Source of the DNA: Pseudomonadota bacterium
GTDB taxonomy: Bacteria; Myxococcota; JACRCW01; JAFGSX01
Assembly: GCA_043821645.1 (NCBI GenBank)
Contig: JBDRCO010000050.1
Coordinates: 1-11,358, forward strand
Direction: 5' to 3'
DNA length: 11,358 nucleotides
Shown here: in pieces, positions 7,038 to 11,358 of the stretch
Numbering within the stretch: position 1 is the stretch's first letter
How the letters are laid out: each line of letters begins with the position of its first letter
Made by a program: the position numbers and the translations under genes
Notes under the pieces: generated by a model
Told to the model about the DNA's origin: nothing
Databases searched by the model: none
Seen by the model: the letters and a program-made list of their open reading frames with translations, nothing else

Positions 7038-7661
7038 TCAGTAGGCCCGTTTCTCGAGCATGAACCAGGTGCTGTCATCCAGCGCGAATTCGGGATCCCG
7101 GTGGTAGACAAAGCCGTAGTCGACCAGCCGAAGGTCACCAAAGCGGTCGAGGAGTTCGCCTGCGAAGTCGCGCTTGAACAGGCGCTCAGCGTGCCCTCGG
7201 TACGGCACGCTGGTGGGGGTCGGGTTGTAGTACTCGCAGACCATGAGGTAGCGGCGGCTCGCCCGATACATGACGTCGTAGGCGGCGGGAAGCGCGTCCG
7301 GGTTGATGTGGATCAGGACGCCCTTGGTGAAGACCAGGTCCCACTGGAGCGGGCTTGCGAACTCGAGCAGCGACCCATTGTGCACCTCGACGCGCTCTTG
7401 GCGACGGAGCTCTGCGGCTGCCGAGGAGTTGATCTCCACCGCGGTCAGTCGTGCATGTGGCAGGAGCTGCGCGAGCGCAGCCAGATTGAGGCCGATGTTG
7501 GCGCCTAGTTCTAGCACGGAGGACACCTTGTCGGTCGCGTGCAGCGCACGGGCAAACAGCGACAGGTTGCTTGCCACGAGCGAGCTGCCCCGGTTCCTCT
7601 CGATGTAGTCCTGGCCGAACTCGCCAGCCCAGAAGCGCTCCTGTTCGGTCGCGAATGGCAT
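7038..7661 (-). CDS. Pseudaminic acid biosynthesis-associated methyltransferase (class I SAM)
   Basis: TEQERFWAGEFGQDYIERN, VLELGANIGLNL, VEIN, DLVFTKGVLIHINP, EYYNPTP, YRGH..RLFKRDFAGE, DYGFVYHRD, WFMLEK match the Pse-cluster methylase family. AAGGA Shine-Dalgarno upstream. Confidence 0.9.
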   Translation of the reverse strand: MPFATEQERFWAGEFGQDYIERNRGSSLVASNLSLFARALHATDKVSSVLELGANIGLNLAALAQLLPHARLTAVEINSSAAAELRRQERVEVHNGSLLEFASPLQWDLVFTKGVLIHINPDALPAAYDVMYRASRRYLMVCEYYNPTPTSVPYRGHAERLFKRDFAGELLDRFGDLRLVDYGFVYHRDPEFALDDSTWFMLEKRAY

Positions 7662-7678
7662 CGGAGTCCTTCCCTTTC

Positions 7679-8932
7679 TCAGGATCGGCCCGGGACCGGG
7701 CGAACGGCGGGGGGCCTGCCCTTGACCAAGGCCGCGATAACGAGATCGACGTCGGCGTCCGTCATTGCCGGGAACATGGGCAGGCTCAGGCAGCTTGCGT
7801 AGAATAGATCGGCACCGGGCAGGCCGCCTTCGGGGAGGATCGCGTCGCGCTGTTCGGGCTGCCAGTGCACGGGGATGTAGTGGACCTGGGCCAGGATGCC
7901 AGCCGCATGCAGGCTCAGGAAGAGATCCTTGCGCCTCTGCGCCAGGCCCAGCAGGCTCTCTCCTTTCGTGGGCAGCAGGCGGACCACGTAGAGATGATAG
8001 CTGCTGCGCCGGTCCGGAATTTGCGCGAGCGGCTCCAGCCAGCTCTTGAATGATTCCTGTGACAGAGCGCTGTCGTAGGCTGCTGCCAGCGCGCGCCGTC
8101 GCTGCACGAAGCGCTCGAGCTTGGCCAGCTGCGACAGGCCCAGGCTGCAGTTGAGGTCGGGCAGCCGATAGTTGAAGCCCAGCCTGGCTTGCTCATAGTA
8201 CCAGGGGCCCACATAAGCCTCATCGACGCTGCGCGCAAACTCCCCTGTGCGCTTGTGGATGCCATGGCTGCGCAGGTCTTGCACGCGGCCATGCACGTCG
8301 GCGTGCGGCGAGAGCAAGGCCCCGCCCTCGCCCGTGGTGATGTGCTTGACCGGGTGAAAGCTAAGGATGGTGGCGTCGGCCAGGCTGTGCCCTGCGATGC
8401 GGCACGCCTGTCCATCGACGTCGAGGGTTGCCCCCAGCGAGTGTGCCGCGTCCTGCAGCAGCCTCATGTCGTTCGCCCGCGCCAGCGCGTTCAGCGCTGG
8501 CAGGTCCGCGGGTTGTCCAGCAAAGTCCACAGGGATCAGCAGGCGAGGTCGCAGGCCCTGCGCGCGGAGCTGCGGTACCAGGGCCTCCACGCTCTGTGGC
8601 GCGATCAGTCCTGTTGCCGGATCCACGTCGGCCAGGGCCACGCGGCCTCCCGCGTAACGGATCGCATTGGCGCTGGCAACGAAGGTGACGGGACTGGTGA
8701 TGCCGACGTCACCCGGGCCCAGACCCAGTGCCAGGGTCGCCAGGTGCAGGGCCGCGGTGCCGTTGCTGACCACGGCGGCATGGGACGCGCCCGTCGCTTC
8801 GCACAGGGCCGCCTCGAACTGCTCCACCCGCGGCCCCTGGGTCAGATTGTCGTCGCGCAGACACGCGAGCACGGCTTTCACGTCCTCGTCGTCGATCCAC
8901 TGACGACCGTATGGCAGCGCTCTCTGATTCAT
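7679..8932 (-). CDS. pseC: UDP-4-amino-4,6-dideoxy-N-acetyl-beta-L-altrosamine transaminase (DegT/DnrJ/EryC1/StrS, PLP dependent)
   Basis: LPYGRQWID, LTQGP, SNGTAALHLA, TFVASAN, QDAAHSLGA, SFHPVKHITTGEGG (PLP Lys), WYYEQARLGFNYR, QVHYIPVH. Directly follows pseB with an ATGA overlap. Confidence 0.93.
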   Translation of the reverse strand: MNQRALPYGRQWIDDEDVKAVLACLRDDNLTQGPRVEQFEAALCEATGASHAAVVSNGTAALHLATLALGLGPGDVGITSPVTFVASANAIRYAGGRVALADVDPATGLIAPQSVEALVPQLRAQGLRPRLLIPVDFAGQPADLPALNALARANDMRLLQDAAHSLGATLDVDGQACRIAGHSLADATILSFHPVKHITTGEGGALLSPHADVHGRVQDLRSHGIHKRTGEFARSVDEAYVGPWYYEQARLGFNYRLPDLNCSLGLSQLAKLERFVQRRRALAAAYDSALSQESFKSWLEPLAQIPDRRSSYHLYVVRLLPTKGESLLGLAQRRKDLFLSLHAAGILAQVHYIPVHWQPEQRDAILPEGGLPGADLFYASCLSLPMFPAMTDADVDLVIAALVKGRPPAVRPVPGRS

Positions 8933-9960
8933 CTCGAAGCGTCCAGCGTCCAGGCGAATTTTGGATCGACGTGCAAGCGAATCAACTCGCGAAGCTCATC
9001 GACCGTGAGCCACTGGTCGTTGTGCAGGCTGTCATAGCTGAAGCCAGGCACGCACGGGTGACCGCCATTCTCGCGAGCGTACCTCCCCGTGTCCCAGAGT
9101 TGTGCGCTTGGGCAGATCACGTAACGCTGTGGGAACTCCAGACTGTTCTGGGCATCGGTCTCGGTGATCATCATTTCATGTAATTTCTCGCCTGGGCGTA
9201 CACCGATGATCTCTGTGCGGCAGCCCGGTGCCACGGCCTCTGCCACATCAGTGATTCGAAAGCTGGGGATCTTTGGCACAAATATCTCGCCTCCCCACAT
9301 GTATTCGAGTGCAAACAGAACTTGGTCCACACCCTGATCCAGGGTGATGTTGAATCGAGTCATATCCGGGCTTGTGATGGGAATCACCCCCTCGCTTCGC
9401 TTGCTCATAAACAGTGGGATGACACTTCCTCGGCTGCCCAAAACATTGCCATAACGCACCACGGAGAGTTTAAGATTGCGTTTGCCTTTGAAGTGGTTGG
9501 CAGCTACGAAAAGCTTGTCTGAACAGAGCTTTGTGGCGCCATACAGGTTGATGGGGGCTGCCGCCTTGTCAGTGCTCAGTGCGACGACGCGCTGTACTCC
9601 TTGGTCCAGGCATGCGGTGACTAAATTTTGGGCACCCAGGATGTTGGTTTTGATGAATTCGAACGGGTTGTATTCAGCGGCTGGCACCTGCTTCAACGCG
9701 GCTGCATGTACGACGATGTCGATGTCCTCGAGCGCCCTGCGCAGGCGCGGCTCATCGCGCACGTCTCCGAGAAAGAACCGCGTCTTCTGGCGGTGTTCGG
9801 GCGATAAAGTTTGGGCCATCTCGTACTGCTTGAGCTCGTCTCGACTGAACACGACCAGGCGCCGGGGTTTATGTCGCCGCAGCACCACATCGACAAATTT
9901 CTTCCCGAAGGAGCCTGTGCCTCCGGTGACAAGCACCCCTTTGTCGTCCAGGAAGCTCAC
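8929..9960 (-). CDS. pseB: UDP-N-acetylglucosamine 4,6-dehydratase (inverting)
   Basis: VTGGTGSFG, FSRDELKQ, HAAALKQVPAAEYNPFE, ALSTDKA, NLYGATK, RYGNVLGSRGSV, MTRF, GVRPGEKLHE. GTG start with GGAGG upstream, overlapping the wzt stop. Confidence 0.96.
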   Translation of the reverse strand: MSFLDDKGVLVTGGTGSFGKKFVDVVLRRHKPRRLVVFSRDELKQYEMAQTLSPEHRQKTRFFLGDVRDEPRLRRALEDIDIVVHAAALKQVPAAEYNPFEFIKTNILGAQNLVTACLDQGVQRVVALSTDKAAAPINLYGATKLCSDKLFVAANHFKGKRNLKLSVVRYGNVLGSRGSVIPLFMSKRSEGVIPITSPDMTRFNITLDQGVDQVLFALEYMWGGEIFVPKIPSFRITDVAEAVAPGCRTEIIGVRPGEKLHEMMITETDAQNSLEFPQRYVICPSAQLWDTGRYARENGGHPCVPGFSYDSLHNDQWLTVDELRELIRLHVDPKFAWTLDASR

Positions 9961-11261
9961 GCCTCCTCCCTTCGGTTCCAGCCAGGGACATGAATGGTCC
10001 CGTCCGGATGCACCCAGTGATACGGCAGAAGGACCGGAGCACTGTGCTCGATGAGTCCATCCGCCTCAATCCCATGCATGTCGAGATCCGCCGCACCTCC
10101 CGCAATTCGGAATGTGCCAATTTGGGACGCTGTCGGAATGAGGAAATGACGGCCGCTCTGATCCCGTGCCCCGAGGCTAATGTAATAAGTCTGAGGTAGA
10201 AGCATCGGCTTTTCGAACACGCAGCGCAGGCACCCGTCGCCGCTTATCTCGAGAGGGCGAAGACCGTCGAGGAGCATGTTGGCCCCACAGAAGTTCCCGG
10301 TCTCGCTGGCCAGGCCGATCCAGAAATGAGGCAAGGCGATGGGCTTGCCGGCGCGATAGTGCACTTCGATCGTGATGTCCTGCTTGACCTGCAGTGTTCT
10401 TGTTTCCCTGCCACTAGGATCGAGCACGCACACTCGACCTATCACGAAATCGAATTCGGCACTGGATGCGACGGCCCCAGACGAGTTCGCGGAAGACTCC
10501 AAGTATAGCCTGACAAGCTCAGTACTGATTCCTTGCTGGCGCAGCAGACCGCCTTCGATCCAGAAGGAACGCTGGCAGATTCGGGTCACAGCGTTGAGGT
10601 TGTGACTGACAAACATGACCGTCCGCCCCCCCCTCGCCACATCCCCCATTTTCCCCAGACATTTCTTCTGAAACGCCACATCCCCCACCGCCAGCACCTC
10701 GTCGACGAACAGGATGTCGGTCTCCAGGTGCGCTGCCACGGCGAAGGCCAGCCGCACGTACATGCCGCTACTGTAGCGCTTGACCGGGGTGTCGATGAAC
10801 TTGTCGATCTCGGCGAAGGCCACGATCTCATCGAATTTCTTGCGGATCTCGGCGCGATGCATGCCCAGGATGGCGCCGTTGAGGAAGATGTTCTCGCGGC
10901 CGGTGAGCTCGGGGTGAAAGCCGGTGCCGACCTCGAGAAGGGAGCCGACGCGGCCGTGGATGCGCGCCTCGCCCACGGTGGGCTCCGTGATGCGGCTGAG
11001 GATCTTGAGCAGGGTGCTCTTGCCCGCGCCGTTGCGGCCGATGACGCCCACCACCTCGCCGGGCATGACGTCGAAGCTCACGTCCTTGAGGGCCCAGATC
11101 TCCTCGTCGGCGGGCACCGGCTTGCCGAGCTGCTGCAGGCGGCGCAGGGGTGCCAGCGCCATCTCGGTGACCACCTCGGTCAGGCGCTTGTAGGGCGCCT
11201 GCTTCGCGCCGATGCGAAAGCGCTTGCCGAGTCCCCGGACCTGTATGGCGGGCTGGGTCAC
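9957..11261 (-). CDS. wzt: O-antigen/polysaccharide ABC exporter ATP-binding subunit with C-terminal Wzt_C-type (carbohydrate-binding) domain
   Basis: Walker A GRNGAGKST, LLEVGTGFHPELTGRENI, signature YSSGM, Walker B/D-loop ILFVDEVLAVGD, H-loop VSH, and a roughly 170-aa beta-rich C-terminal extension. Start corrected to GTG 11261 (GAGGAG upstream, 7 nt after the wzm stop); 434 aa. Confidence 0.93.
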   Translation of the reverse strand: MTQPAIQVRGLGKRFRIGAKQAPYKRLTEVVTEMALAPLRRLQQLGKPVPADEEIWALKDVSFDVMPGEVVGVIGRNGAGKSTLLKILSRITEPTVGEARIHGRVGSLLEVGTGFHPELTGRENIFLNGAILGMHRAEIRKKFDEIVAFAEIDKFIDTPVKRYSSGMYVRLAFAVAAHLETDILFVDEVLAVGDVAFQKKCLGKMGDVARGGRTVMFVSHNLNAVTRICQRSFWIEGGLLRQQGISTELVRLYLESSANSSGAVASSAEFDFVIGRVCVLDPSGRETRTLQVKQDITIEVHYRAGKPIALPHFWIGLASETGNFCGANMLLDGLRPLEISGDGCLRCVFEKPMLLPQTYYISLGARDQSGRHFLIPTASQIGTFRIAGGAADLDMHGIEADGLIEHSAPVLLPYHWVHPDGTIHVPGWNRREEA

Positions 11262-11268
11262 GCTCTCC

Positions 11269-11358
11269 TCACACGCGGTCCGCGAAGGTGCGCTCGGTGC
11301 GCCTGAAATAGTACGCGCCACCGACGAGCAACAGCAAGGTCACGCTGGTCGACACCAG
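11269..11358 (-). CDS. wzm: ABC-2 type polysaccharide exporter permease, C-terminal fragment
   Basis: Not in the ORF track. Hand translation gives LVSTSVTLLLLVGGAYYFRRTERTFADRV*, a hydrophobic helix followed by the typical Wzm 'FRRxERxFAD' tail, immediately upstream of wzt. Confidence 0.88.
   Translation of the reverse strand: MVSTSVTLLLLVGGAYYFRRTERTFADRV

Noticed and set aside
7687-7700. GC inverted repeat GCCCGG-GA-CCGGGC near the end of pseC as a terminator
   Set aside because: Short, inside the coding region, with no U-tract on the transcribed strand; the next gene starts 17 nt after the stop.
10635-10687. 14-bp direct repeat CGCCACATCCCCCA (10635-10648 and 10674-10687)
   Set aside because: In frame, encoding VGDVA and MGDVA, which are ordinary Wzt residues. 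Only two copies, so not a CRISPR array or target-site duplication.
10533-11306. 257-aa plus-strand ORF (also 8189-9037, 6837-7508, 6455-7027, 9476-10054, 233-808 and others)
   Set aside because: Antisense shadows of well-supported minus-strand genes in GC-rich DNA, with no recognisable motifs.

Overview
The window is the interior of one minus-strand, tightly coupled surface-polysaccharide operon in a GC-rich bacterium (lineage cannot be determined from this sequence). In transcription order: wzm 3' end, wzt (ATPase plus C-terminal extension), pseB, pseC, Pse-associated methyltransferase, SpsF-type cytidylyltransferase, pseG, formyltransferase 1, formyltransferase 2, PIG-L/LmbE de-N-acetylase, pseI, a 606-aa fusion of an unassigned glycosyltransferase-like domain with a SAM methyltransferase, and the 5' end of a GT2. 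It encodes a CMP-pseudaminic acid (Pse) pathway linked to ABC-transporter glycan export. No pseH N-acetyltransferase lies in the window; instead there are two different formyltransferases, a de-N-acetylase and two methyltransferases. This suggests an unusual N-formylated (possibly di-formyl and/or methylated) Pse and a possible transfer-and-cap enzyme (inference). Several ORF-track starts are over-extended and were corrected using start/stop overlaps. No RNA genes, CRISPR arrays or mobile elements were recognised. Family calls come from motif recognition by eye, not database searches.
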